Positions 8,040 through 16,450 of a stretch of 27,056 nucleotides of DNA are shown piece after piece. The stretch lies in the NCBI GenBank assembly GCA_030694465.1, contig JAUXYJ010000103.1:1-27056 (forward strand), written 5' to 3'. A program made the position numbers and the translations under genes. The first letter of the stretch is position 1, and each line of letters opens with the position of its first letter. The stretch is from Deltaproteobacteria bacterium (lineage in GTDB: Bacteria > Myxococcota_A > Polyangia > Polyangiales > Ga0077539). Under the pieces are notes generated by a model. It did no database searches. It was given only the letters and a program-made list of their open reading frames with translations, and was not told the DNA's origin.

Positions 8040-9059
8040 CTAGGGTGCGGCGACGGGCTGCGTCGCTGCGCTCGCGGGGTCTTCGGCTTTAAAGCACGCG
8101 ACCTGGTGCGTAGGCCTCGCGCGAAGGGCCACCAAGGGCGGCGCAGAGACATCACACAGGCCCTTTTGCACGATGGGACAGCGCGGATGAAAAGCGCATC
8201 CGCTGGGAGGATTGAGCGGCGAAGGGACATCGCCCTCGAGCACTTGGCGCTCACGTTTGTGCTCGGGGTCTGGCACGGGCACTGCGCTCAAGAGGGCGCG
8301 CGTGTACGGGTGGCTCGGGTGATCGTAGAGATCCCGCGCCAGGGCGAGCTCAACGACGCGGCCGAGGTACATCACGGCGACGCGGTGAGAGAGGTACTCG
8401 ACGACCTTGAGGTCGTGCGCGATGAAGAGATACGCGAGGCCCAGCTCTTCTTGTAAGTCTTTGAGAAGATTAACAATTTGAGCCTGAATGGACACATCCA
8501 GTGCGCTGATGGGCTCGTCGGCGACGATAAACTTCGGCTCGACCGCGAGGGCCCGCGCGATGCCCACCCGCTGGCGCTGTCCGCCCGAAAACTCGTGGGG
8601 ATAGCGGTTCATTTGGTCCGGGCGCAGGCCGACCTTGGCGAAGAGCGCGGCGACTCGCTCGTCGAGGGCCACACGGCCGTGTGCCAGCCCGTGGATCTCA
8701 AGAGCCTCGGCGACGGTGTCCCTCACGGTCATGCGTGGATCGAGGCTCGAGAATGGGTCTTGAAACACGATCTGCATCTTGCGTCGCAGAGGTCTGAGCT
8801 CGCGCTGCGAGAGCTTGGTGATGTCCTGGCCTTCGAAGAAAATCTTTCCCGAGGTGGGCTCGATCAAGCGCAAGAGCGATCGGCCTAGCGTGCTTTTTCC
8901 GCAGCCAGATTCGCCCACGAGACCGAGGGTCTCGCCCGCGAAGACTTCGAGCGATACGCCATCGACCGCGCGCACGACGCCCGGCGGCCGAAAGGGCCCG
9001 CGCGACGCGCTGAAGTGTGTCGACAGATTCTCGATCCGAACCAAAGGGAGGTCACTCAC
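8040..9059 (-). CDS. oppF: Oligopeptide/dipeptide ABC transporter ATP-binding protein (OppF/DppF type)
   Basis: Walker [10 protein letters not shown], signature [15 protein letters not shown], Walker [13 protein letters not shown], and a C-terminal oligopeptide-transporter extension. The track start at 9119 (TTG) would overlap oppD by 26 nt. GTG at 9059 ([12 protein letters not shown]) is more plausible. Confidence 0.85.
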   Translation of the reverse strand: MSDLPLVRIENLSTHFSASRGPFRPPGVVRAVDGVSLEVFAGETLGLVGESGCGKSTLGRSLLRLIEPTSGKIFFEGQDITKLSQRELRPLRRKMQIVFQDPFSSLDPRMTVRDTVAEALEIHGLAHGRVALDERVAALFAKVGLRPDQMNRYPHEFSGGQRQRVGIARALAVEPKFIVADEPISALDVSIQAQIVNLLKDLQEELGLAYLFIAHDLKVVEYLSHRVAVMYLGRVVELALARDLYDHPSHPYTRALLSAVPVPDPEHKRERQVLEGDVPSPLNPPSGCAFHPRCPIVQKGLCDVSAPPLVALRARPTHQVACFKAEDPASAATQPVAAP

Positions 9060-9093
9060 GGTTGCCGCGCGAGCGTACCCCACGAGCGAGGCA

Positions 9094-10086
9094 TCACGGC
9101 GTCGATTGCGCAGCGACAAAGCAGCGCACTTGCCTGCGCGCGTCGCCCTCGCCGGTCACCGTGATCTCGGGCTCTTTGTCGCCACACTGCGCTACGGCGT
9201 CGTCGCATCGGTCGCGAAATCTGCAGCCCTTCGGCAGCTTGCGAAGATCAGGCACGACCCCCTGGATCGTCGGCAAACGCTTTTTGCGAGCGTTGTCCCC
9301 GTACGACGGCACCGAGCGCAAGAGCCCCCGCGTGTACGGATGTCTGGGATCACGAAAGAGGTCCCGAGCCGAGGCCTCTTCGACCACACGGCCTGCGTAC
9401 ATGACGACGATTCGCTCTGCAAATTCGGCGACCAAACCGAGATCATGGGTGATGAGCATCACGGCCATGTTCGTGCGCTTTCGCAGGGCGCCCAAGAGCT
9501 CAAGGATCTGCGCTTGGATGGTCACATCGAGGGCCGTGGTGGGCTCGTCGGCGATGAGTAATTTGGGGTCGCACGCGAGGGCCATCGCGATCATGACGCG
9601 CTGTCGCATGCCGCCCGAGAGCTGGTGGGGATATGCGCGTACGCGCTCACTTGGCGAGGGAATTCCCACGAGTTCAAGCAGTTCGATCGCGCGCTCAAGC
9701 GCCTGCTTCTTGCTCTTGTTTTGGTGCAGCACCAAGCTCTCGGCGATCTGATCGCCCACGGTGTACACGGGGTTGAGCGAGCTCATAGGCTCTTGAAAGA
9801 CCATGGCGATCTCGCGGCCGCGAAGCTTGCGCATCTCGGGCTCTGAGAGGGCCAAGAGGTCTCTCCCCTCGAAGAGAATCTTGCCCCCCGAGATGCGCCC
9901 AGGGCGCTGGATCAGCCGCAGAATCGAGAGCGACGTGACGCTCTTTCCGCAGCCAGATTCGCCCACGATCCCGATCGTGTGCCCCGAGTCCACAGCGAAC
10001 GAGACGTCGTCGACCGCGCGCAGCACGCCCTCGTCCGTCGGAAACTCTGTGACCAATCCCTCAACCTGCAACAACGGACCACTCAT
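9094..10086 (-). CDS. oppD: Oligopeptide/dipeptide ABC transporter ATP-binding protein (OppD/DppD type)
   Basis: [15 protein letters not shown]..., Walker [10 protein letters not shown], signature [15 protein letters not shown], Walker [14 protein letters not shown]-loop ITHDL. Confidence 0.85.
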   Translation of the reverse strand: MSGPLLQVEGLVTEFPTDEGVLRAVDDVSFAVDSGHTIGIVGESGCGKSVTSLSILRLIQRPGRISGGKILFEGRDLLALSEPEMRKLRGREIAMVFQEPMSSLNPVYTVGDQIAESLVLHQNKSKKQALERAIELLELVGIPSPSERVRAYPHQLSGGMRQRVMIAMALACDPKLLIADEPTTALDVTIQAQILELLGALRKRTNMAVMLITHDLGLVAEFAERIVVMYAGRVVEEASARDLFRDPRHPYTRGLLRSVPSYGDNARKKRLPTIQGVVPDLRKLPKGCRFRDRCDDAVAQCGDKEPEITVTGEGDARRQVRCFVAAQSTP

Positions 10087-10143
10087 CGCGTAGCCACCGA
10101 GCCTACACCGCCCCTACGCCAAGTGTGCGCACCGAGTGAGCGC

Positions 10144-10746
10144 TCACAGCCCCACGCGAAAACCGATCGACGCTTCAAACCACGCCAGCGGCAACCGCTC
10201 GGGGCCCACCACACGGATCCGCGTGAGGGACATCACCGTCACGCCAAAGCTGCGCCTCCCCCAGATGTCTGCCCCGGCGCCGACCACCATGTGCCCTGCA
10301 AAGCTCTCATCGGGCGCTGTCGCAAGCGGCAGCTCACGGAGAGCAAATTGCGTCCACAAAAATCCCCCGCCCACGAGCGCAAATGGCCGAAATAACCCGC
10401 CCGGATAGTTGAGCCCGACCTTCAATCGCACCGCGTCTACGCTCACCATCACGCGCTGTGTGCGCAACGAGAGCGCGTCGGTCGACAGGGCCGTCACGGT
10501 GACCGCGGGCCCCAGCGAGACCGCCCGATCCGCGGTGGGATACACGTCGAGATCCCAGCCCGCGAGCAGGGCCCACCCAGGCTCTCCGCGCGCGCCGAGA
10601 TAAAAGCCATCGCTTAACAGGGTGGGCCTCCGCTCAGGGTCGCCAACCGCGTGCGCGTCGTGCGACAAGAGCCCCAACGCGAGCGCGGCGGCCAACGCTG
10701 CCAACCCCTTCTCCCAACGCGCGATACGACACAACACTGAGGCCAT
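10144..10746 (-). CDS. Small outer-membrane beta-barrel-like protein with a signal peptide
   Basis: ATG at 10746 gives MASVLCRIARWEKGLAALAAALALGLLSHDAHA, a signal peptide. The rest alternates hydrophobic and polar residues with Gly/aromatic-rich strands (GGGFLWTQF, FRVGL end). It is co-directional with oppD 57 nt downstream. Confidence 0.5.
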   Translation of the reverse strand: MASVLCRIARWEKGLAALAAALALGLLSHDAHAVGDPERRPTLLSDGFYLGARGEPGWALLAGWDLDVYPTADRAVSLGPAVTVTALSTDALSLRTQRVMVSVDAVRLKVGLNYPGGLFRPFALVGGGFLWTQFALRELPLATAPDESFAGHMVVGAGADIWGRRSFGVTVMSLTRIRVVGPERLPLAWFEASIGFRVGL

Positions 10747-10825
10747 GGTACTGCATCCGCGTCCACGCACTGCCATCTCTGTGATCGCCATTTTTACCAG
10801 CGTATTTGCAGTCAATTGTGCGCCT

Positions 10826-11215
10826 ATGCTCTTGGCTCTTCGCGCTACGCGGCGCGCAGCGATCACGCGCACCGTGCCCCTCGACCTCGCTGTCCGCGGA
10901 GACACACGGCACGCAGACGCGCGGTGGCGGTCGTCGTGTGCCACGCGGCGTGAAGCGCAAGAGCCCAGCGACCAAGGCTGGGGATTTGAGCCCGCGCGAG
11001 CGGGCCGTTACCGGGTGCAGGTCCGCGCCGAATTCGACGTCACCCTCGCGGTGTTTGACGCTACGCGAGAGCTCGTTTGCAGCGATGACGCGATGGCCAT
11101 CGCGCAGAGCGAGGTCACCGTCACACTCCAGGCCCATGCGCGCTACGCGGTGGTCGTCGATGGCGCCGATGGGGCGAGCGGCCCCTACGAACTTATCGTG
11201 CAATATTGCCCGTAA
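10826..11215 (+). CDS. Small protein consisting of a standalone PPC (bacterial pre-peptidase C-terminal) like domain
   Basis: GRYRVQVRAEFDVTLAVFDATRELVCSDDAMAIAQSEVTVTLQAHARYAVVVDGADGASGPYELIV matches the PPC pattern D.L.V.D....SEV.V.L.A.A.Y.VVVDG..GASGPYEL.V. Both overlapping ORFs (10806-11345 plus and 10634-11269 minus) are Arg-rich junk. An alternative start at 10745 would add a signal-peptide-like MVLHPRPRTAISVIAIFTSVFAV. Confidence 0.5.
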   Translation: MLLALRATRRAAITRTVPLDLAVRGDTRHADARWRSSCATRREAQEPSDQGWGFEPARAGRYRVQVRAEFDVTLAVFDATRELVCSDDAMAIAQSEVTVTLQAHARYAVVVDGADGASGPYELIVQYCP

Positions 11216-11222
11216 AACGAAC

Positions 11223-12593
11223 TTACGCGGCCGCCGACTGGGTGGCCTCTGGGGCGCTCTTGGTGCCACGCGAGAGGTCTGCGCGCGTGGGCAACTCGAT
11301 CACAACGCGCGCTCCGCCGTTGGGAGTGTTCTCTGCGCGCACTGAGCCACCGTGCGCCTCGGCGATGCGTCGCACGAGCGAGAGCCCAAGCCCGACCCCG
11401 CGTGCCTCGCTCTCGCGTGCACGTTGGCCGCGATAGAAAGCCTCGAACACGCGCTCGCGGTCATCGTGGTCAAACCCATCGCCTTCGTCCTCGACGGCAA
11501 ACGCGATGGTGTCTCTCGCGGCGCCCTCGCTCACCCGAAGAATCACGGTTCCGCGGCCATATTTGCGGGCATTGTCGAGCAGTGCGCCGAGCGCGCGCGA
11601 GAGCAGCGTAGGGTCTGCGTGGACCACATTGAGGGTGCTGTCCATCTTGACCGCTTCGCTCGGGAGGCTCGCGCGATCTGCGGCACGCTCTGCCACTTCG
11701 CGTGGGTCCAACGCGCGCCGCGAGAGCGCAGAGAACTCTAGCCGTGCGCTCGCCAAGAGCTCACCCACGAGCGAGTCCATCTCGAGCACCTCGGCCTCGA
11801 TCTCATCGAGCGGGTCTTTGCCGCTGCCCGGCGCGCTGCCGTCGCGAGCCATCTCGAGCAAGATCCTGACGCGGGCGAGCGGTGTGCGCATTTCGTGCGA
11901 AACTGCAGCCAAAAGCTGCCTCTGCTCTTTGACTTGGCGCTCAATCCGCGTGGCCATCTCGTTGATCGCGCGCGTGAGCTCGCCGACCTCGCCTGGGTGC
12001 GTGTGACAGAGGTTTGCCCGACGCGAGAGGTCGCCTTCGCCGAGCGCTTGCGCGACGCGTGTGAGCTCTTCGATGGGGCGCGACAAGCGATGTGCGACCT
12101 TGTTTGAGATCGCCCAGAGCATCAATCCGCCTGCCAAAAGTGTGATCAATGTGCGCCAGGGCGCGCCCTGCATGCGGGTCCGTGTGAGCGAGATCTCGAC
12201 GGTGCCCAGCGCGTGCCCTTCGCGATCTCGCACCGCGGTTGTCCAGTGGGGCACGAGGCCACCGAGGCCGCGCGCAAAGCCGTGCTCGGTGATCACTTGG
12301 CCACGGAGGTCACGCACGCGCACACCAAATCCGAGGTCTTGCCCATACGAGCGCGCGAGCTCGTCGCGGCCCGCAGAGTCATCCCAGACCCGCGCGAATC
12401 CTGCAGAGACAAAGCGCTCAACGCGCGCGCGCTCTGAGCGAATCGAGGTCTCGGGCGAGGCCACCATGTGCATGGACATGGCCACGGTGAGCGTGGTCAT
12501 CACGATGGCCACGCCGAACCACGCGAACAGCCGGCGATGGAGCCGTGCGCCCAGGTAGCAGCGAAGGCTGGGCATGGGTTTGGTGGGCATCAT
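11223..12593 (-). CDS. Two-component sensor histidine kinase (two TM helices, HAMP, HisKA, HATPase_c)
   Basis: H-box LAAVSHEMRTPLARV. N/G boxes VEDEGDGF and GVGLGLSLVRRIAEAHGG. TM helices are present. The start codon ATGATG overlaps the TGA stop of the regulator gene. Confidence 0.9.
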   Translation of the reverse strand: MMPTKPMPSLRCYLGARLHRRLFAWFGVAIVMTTLTVAMSMHMVASPETSIRSERARVERFVSAGFARVWDDSAGRDELARSYGQDLGFGVRVRDLRGQVITEHGFARGLGGLVPHWTTAVRDREGHALGTVEISLTRTRMQGAPWRTLITLLAGGLMLWAISNKVAHRLSRPIEELTRVAQALGEGDLSRRANLCHTHPGEVGELTRAINEMATRIERQVKEQRQLLAAVSHEMRTPLARVRILLEMARDGSAPGSGKDPLDEIEAEVLEMDSLVGELLASARLEFSALSRRALDPREVAERAADRASLPSEAVKMDSTLNVVHADPTLLSRALGALLDNARKYGRGTVILRVSEGAARDTIAFAVEDEGDGFDHDDRERVFEAFYRGQRARESEARGVGLGLSLVRRIAEAHGGSVRAENTPNGGARVVIELPTRADLSRGTKSAPEATQSAAA

Positions 12594-13288
12594 GGGTCTC
12601 CTTGGGCGGTGTCGCGCGCGAAGACATAGCCTACGCCGCGCACGGTCTTGATGAGCTTGGGTGCACGCGAATCGTCGCCTAATTTGGCTCTCAAGTGCGA
12701 GACATGCACGTCCACGGTGCGCTCGCCCACGACCACGTCGTCGCGGCCCGCGAGGGACAAGAGGGCGTCGCGAGGGACGACCTTTCCGGCGCGGCGCGCG
12801 AGCGCCAAGAGCAGGTCAAACTCGAGCCCTGTGAGGTCCAGATCGCGGCCTTCGAGCTTGGCTTGTCGTGAGCCGACGTCGATGTTGACCCCCGCCACGG
12901 TGATGTGTTCTCGGGAGCTGTCGGGCATCACGCGGCGAAGAACAGCACGGATTCGAGCCAGCAATTCACGCGGTGAAAATGGTTTGGCCAGGTAGTCATC
13001 GGCGCCGAGCTCGAGGCCCACGACGCGGTCGGTTTCGTCTCCGCGCGCGGTGAGCATCACGATGGGCACAGTGCTCTTGCCACGGATGCGTCGACACACC
13101 TCGAGCCCATCGATGCCGGGCATCATGATGTCGAGCAGCACGATGTCGTACGAGCCGCGATCGAAGGCCTCGATGCCCTTGAGGCCATCGGCGGCGCGCG
13201 TCACCAGCACACCGTTCTGTGTGAGATACGTGGCCAAAAGGTCCGAAAACCGGGGGTCGTCGTCAATCAAAAGGGCTCGCACTGTCAT
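12590..13288 (-). CDS. OmpR/PhoB-family two-component response regulator
   Basis: Receiver ALLIDDD...DIVLLDIMMPGIDG...LTARGDETDRVVGLELGADDYLAKPF. Winged-helix C-terminus TVRGVGYVF. Confidence 0.9.
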   Translation of the reverse strand: MTVRALLIDDDPRFSDLLATYLTQNGVLVTRAADGLKGIEAFDRGSYDIVLLDIMMPGIDGLEVCRRIRGKSTVPIVMLTARGDETDRVVGLELGADDYLAKPFSPRELLARIRAVLRRVMPDSSREHITVAGVNIDVGSRQAKLEGRDLDLTGLEFDLLLALARRAGKVVPRDALLSLAGRDDVVVGERTVDVHVSHLRAKLGDDSRAPKLIKTVRGVGYVFARDTAQGDP

Positions 13289-13364
13289 CGCGGTTCTGGA
13301 GAGTGTACGTCACTGCGCACGCTGCACACTCTCCGAGTGCAGCGTGCGCGCGGGCCACAAGCGG

Positions 13365-13577
13365 CTACTGCGTCACAGGACGAACACGGAGCGCGGGAGC
13401 CTGTGCCGTAGCCTCAAGCGCCGCGGTCGCGCACCTCCGCGCCATGTCATTGCGCGTAGCCTCTTGCATCGCTTGATGCTGTGCGCGCCTGTGTTTTAGC
13501 TGGTGAAACCCACTTGAGTAGCCACCCACAACGCCGAGGGCCAAGAGCCCCATGAGAATCTTTCGAGCCATAAACAT
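13365..13577 (-). CDS. Small (about 70 aa) single-pass membrane protein, co-operonic with the two-component system
   Basis: ATG with an AAGGAG Shine-Dalgarno 5 nt upstream (complement of 13578-13592). TM helix KILMGLLALGVVGGYSSGF. GC3 is lower than in neighbouring genes, so confidence is moderate. Confidence 0.4.
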   Translation of the reverse strand: MFMARKILMGLLALGVVGGYSSGFHQLKHRRAQHQAMQEATRNDMARRCATAALEATAQAPALRVRPVTQ

Positions 13578-13628
13578 TGTCACTCCTTCGAGAAAAACGT
13601 GGTTGATCCAGACCGAGACCCTGCAGGG

Positions 13629-14204
13629 CTATCCGCGGTAGGGCCCGCGAGGTCCGTGGTGGCCAAAGGGCCCACCGCGTCCGCCACGTCCGCCGCGAAA
13701 ACCCCACGGCCCTTCGGCGATGAGCTCGGCGAGCGTCTCTCGCTGATGGCCATCGAGCGCCTCGTGGACCTTGCGAAGTGAGTCTGTGATCACCTCATGG
13801 AGCGCATGCATGGACTGCTGATGGGACTGCTGCGCGGTGACAATCGCGGCCTCGTCAAAGACCTCTCCACGCACGGCGCGCGCGAGATCTTCACGAGACG
13901 CACGCACCGATTGCCAAGCATTTCGCAGGGCTTCGCGGTGCGCTTCAAAAGCCGCGATCATCACTTTTTCTTGTCCTGGCGTCGTGTCCAAGCGCTCAAA
14001 GAGCATGCGAAGCATCCAGCGCTCACGGGGGTGGGCGCCGGGGCCCCAACCACCCCACGGGCCGTGATCGCCGTGGCCGCGATGTCTGTCATGACCGCAG
14101 TGACCTTTGCCGCAACCGCCGCGACCGCAGCGTCCACGACGGCCTCCGAAAGAGAGCTTGGCGAGGGCCATGAGGCAGAGTGTTCCGAAGATAAATCCGC
14201 ACAT
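13629..14204 (-). CDS. Periplasmic CpxP/Spy/ZraP-like (LTXXQ / heavy-metal-resistance family) protein with a His-rich N-terminus and a Gly/Arg/His-rich C-terminus
   Basis: Signal/anchor MCGFIFGTLCLMALAKLSFGG. Two LTxxQ-like motifs (RLDTTPGQEKVM and LDGHQRETLAEL). His-rich GHCGHDRHRGHGDHG. C-terminal GFRGGRGGRGGPFGHHGPRGPY. It is the first gene of the operon containing the OmpR-type RR and the HK, the classic envelope or metal stress arrangement. Confidence 0.5.
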   Translation of the reverse strand: MCGFIFGTLCLMALAKLSFGGRRGRCGRGGCGKGHCGHDRHRGHGDHGPWGGWGPGAHPRERWMLRMLFERLDTTPGQEKVMIAAFEAHREALRNAWQSVRASREDLARAVRGEVFDEAAIVTAQQSHQQSMHALHEVITDSLRKVHEALDGHQRETLAELIAEGPWGFRGGRGGRGGPFGHHGPRGPYRG

Positions 14205-14644
14205 AGTAAGTACCTTGTGGTGCCTTTCGTGTGCGCAATGACAGGCGCTCTCAGCGAAGAGCGCGCTTGCACGGCTGCGATACCGATCACTGCGACTCCC
14301 TCAGTGATGCATCTCGGATTGTGAAGACGTCAGGGGCCGCTCTGTAAACAACTGTGAATCCGTATGCGCCCCCCCTAGCCCCGCGCGAACAGAGGACACA
14401 GATGGTTGTCAACGCAACGACTACTGCACCGAACGAACCTTCACTCTAACGAAGGCACTCTACGGTGCGGGTTCCCAGACTGAATCCACAGGCGAGTGAG
14501 CCGGTGAGACAAGTTGTCACTGCGTGTCAGCGAGCGGATGACAACACGTCAATCGACCTGACAATTCGCTAATCGAATCAATTTTCGGAACAGCGCTCTC
14601 AACCAGCGCGTTGCACATACAACCCAGTGAGAGCGCAGCAACCA

Positions 14645-14662
14645 CTGCACCCCCCGGTGCAG
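14645..14662. other. Hairpin CTGCACC-cccc-GGTGCAG inside a 650-bp low-GC non-coding region
   Basis: 7-bp perfect inverted repeat with a 4-nt loop, read directly. No U-tract follows. Confidence 0.25.
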
Positions 14663-14858
14663 GTCTTCTGGGTAAAGCCACTCGGTAGTTTCTATTATAC
14701 CGACAAAGACATCTAGTTTACTGAACAACCTCGCGCTACAGTCGGACCTCGAACACCGAGGCCGCTGAGCGTGTATCGGTCGGTGAACGTGATCGCCGTG
14801 TTGCGATGTTCTGCACACGACTCACTCACGCGCGCCGCCAGAAAGAACGAGTTAAGTC

Positions 14859-15149
14859 ATGCAAGCACTTCTGGTTGGAGGAGATTACGTCGAGCCGCTG
14901 ATCGGGACCCTCAAGGCGCGTGGCTTTGAGCGCGTGCATCACTGGGATGGCCGCAAGCAGGGCGACACGCGAAAGTTGCTCCCGCAAGACGTTTCGCTGG
15001 TCGTTGTGCTCACGGACTACACGAGCCACCCGCTGCTTGAGCATCTGCGATCGCAGGCACGTCGTCGCGGGATCACCGTGGTCTATTCGCGCCGAAGCCT
15101 GGTCGAAGTCCGTCAACGCTTGGACGCCCAAGAGCTGCGGGCGGCGTAG
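14859..15149 (+). CDS. Small conserved hypothetical protein, DUF2325-like
   Basis: MQALLVGGDYVEPLIGTLKARGFERVHHWDGRKQGDTRKLLPQDVSLVVVLTDYTSHPLLEHL...VVYSRRS resembles the DUF2325 pattern (GGD..., HWDGRK, D.V.LTD..SH, S.RS). Family assignment is from memory. Confidence 0.5.
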   Translation: MQALLVGGDYVEPLIGTLKARGFERVHHWDGRKQGDTRKLLPQDVSLVVVLTDYTSHPLLEHLRSQARRRGITVVYSRRSLVEVRQRLDAQELRAA

Positions 15150-15409
15150 CGCGGCGCGTTGGGCAGTTGCACACAAATCCCAGCAGGTTCGCAGGAATTT
15201 CTGAGATTTGCAAACTGCACAACGGGCGTTGCGTTGCGTGTGAGTGCGCGTATCTTTTGGCCTCGCGCTGAGGGTCTCGGTGGACTTGTCACAGAGCCAC
15301 CACAGCACACCGGGGAAGCCACACAACTCATCCGCACCGATGCGCGGTCGCGGAAGGGACAAGCAAACCACTGGCTCCCCAAACCGACGCGCGAAGAAGA
15401 GCAATCACC

Positions 15410-15643
15410 ATGGCTGACACACTGAAAAAAGGCTCAAAGGGCGACAGCGTCAAGGCACTTCAAGAGAAGCTCGGGATGCTGGGCTACACGCTCGCGGCAG
15501 ACGGCGATTTTGGCAACGGCACCGAAGACGCAGTCCGCCAACTCCAGAAGTCCTTTGGCTACACCGTCGACGGCATTGTGGGCGACGGCACCATGTTTCT
15601 CGTCGACCAGCAGCTCGGCCTCGGCTGGAAGGCCAACGGGTAA
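15410..15643 (+). CDS. Small standalone peptidoglycan-binding (PG_binding_1) domain protein
   Basis: GDSVKALQEKLGMLGYTLAADGDFGNGTEDAVRQLQKSFGYTVDGIVGDGT matches the PG_binding_1 consensus (G..V..LQ..L...GY....DG.FG..T..AV..FQ...GL..DG.VG..T). GA-rich RBS GAAGAAGAG upstream of the ATG. Confidence 0.65.
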   Translation: MADTLKKGSKGDSVKALQEKLGMLGYTLAADGDFGNGTEDAVRQLQKSFGYTVDGIVGDGTMFLVDQQLGLGWKANG

Positions 15644-15654
15644 CTCACTCACCT

Positions 15655-15728
15655 CGCGCGACAACGCGCAGGACCCAACGCAAGCGCGACAAGCGCGACA
15701 AGCGCGACAACCGCGATAACCGCGTATT
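15655..15728. repeat. Tandem 9-bp repeat array (unit GCGCGACAA): three perfect central copies flanked by degenerate copies (CGCGACAAC, CCAACGCAA, CCGCGATAA, CCGCGTATT)
   Basis: Read directly. It lies in the 88-bp spacer between the PG-binding gene stop and the B3/4 gene start. Confidence 0.6.
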
Positions 15729-15731
15729 TTC

Positions 15732-16406
15732 GTGTTGAACAACGGAGCCTCTCCGTATGCTCGCACAGTGACCCTCTCGCTCACTGTCGCAACACATCCG
15801 TCGCTCTGTTTGCAGCTTATCGCGACCCAGTGGCCCGCTGCCCTGGGCGGGCTCTCGAGCCCTGCGCTGGGGGCTGAACCTCCCGACGCAGCCTCGCTTC
15901 CGCGGGCCGACGACACGCTGCGAGGGCACGTGCGAGACCTCCTGCGGCACGGCGGGTTTAAACCCACGGGGCGCTCAAAGCCTTCGTCTGAGTACCTCTT
16001 GCGCGTGGCCAAAGAGCAGCCCCTCGCGGCCATCAACGTCGCGGTCGATCTGGCGAACTACGCCTCGCTTCACAGCGGGCTACCGATCTCGGTCGTGGAC
16101 CTCGACCGGACCGCGCTGCCGCTGGCTGTGCGCCTCGCGGCCCCGTCGGAGCAGTACGTGTTTAACGCCTCGGGCCAGGTCCTCGACGTCGCAAACCTGC
16201 TCTGTCTGCACGACGCGCTGGGGCCCTGCGCCAACGCCGTCAAAGACGCCCAGCGCACCAAAACCCACGCAGATACTCGCACAACGCTCACGCTGATTTG
16301 GGCACCTGTCGCATGCAGAGAGCACAGCGAGCGCACACGCGCGTGGCTCGATGCACGCTTCGCTGAGGCCCAAGGGCGCTCCCTCGCCGTCGCGATCGAG
16401 CGCTAG
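15732..16406 (+). CDS. Standalone B3/4 domain protein (PheT B3/B4-like tRNA-binding/editing fold, COG3382-like)
   Basis: INVAVDLANYASLHSGLPISVVDLDR...LAVRLAAPSEQYVF...VKDAQRTKTHADTRTTLTLIWAP resembles the B3/4 core (VD.xN..SL..GlP....DLD...g.l.vR.A..GE.f). The start is uncertain: 15732 is GTG and there is no in-frame ATG nearby. Confidence 0.45.
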   Translation: MLNNGASPYARTVTLSLTVATHPSLCLQLIATQWPAALGGLSSPALGAEPPDAASLPRADDTLRGHVRDLLRHGGFKPTGRSKPSSEYLLRVAKEQPLAAINVAVDLANYASLHSGLPISVVDLDRTALPLAVRLAAPSEQYVFNASGQVLDVANLLCLHDALGPCANAVKDAQRTKTHADTRTTLTLIWAPVACREHSERTRAWLDARFAEAQGRSLAVAIER

Positions 16407-16450
16407 CGCGCAGCACGCAGAGTTCGCGCTCGGATGCAGCCGACCGAAGA

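Noticed and set aside
14466-14500. GGTTCCCAGACTGAATCC resembling a tRNA T-arm (GGTTCGAATCC)
   Set aside because: It carries an insertion relative to the T-loop, and I could not build acceptor, D or anticodon stems around it. Not a tRNA.
14549-14818. 89-aa minus-strand ORF in the low-GC island
   Set aside because: Atypical composition, no RBS, no recognisable domain. More likely non-coding.
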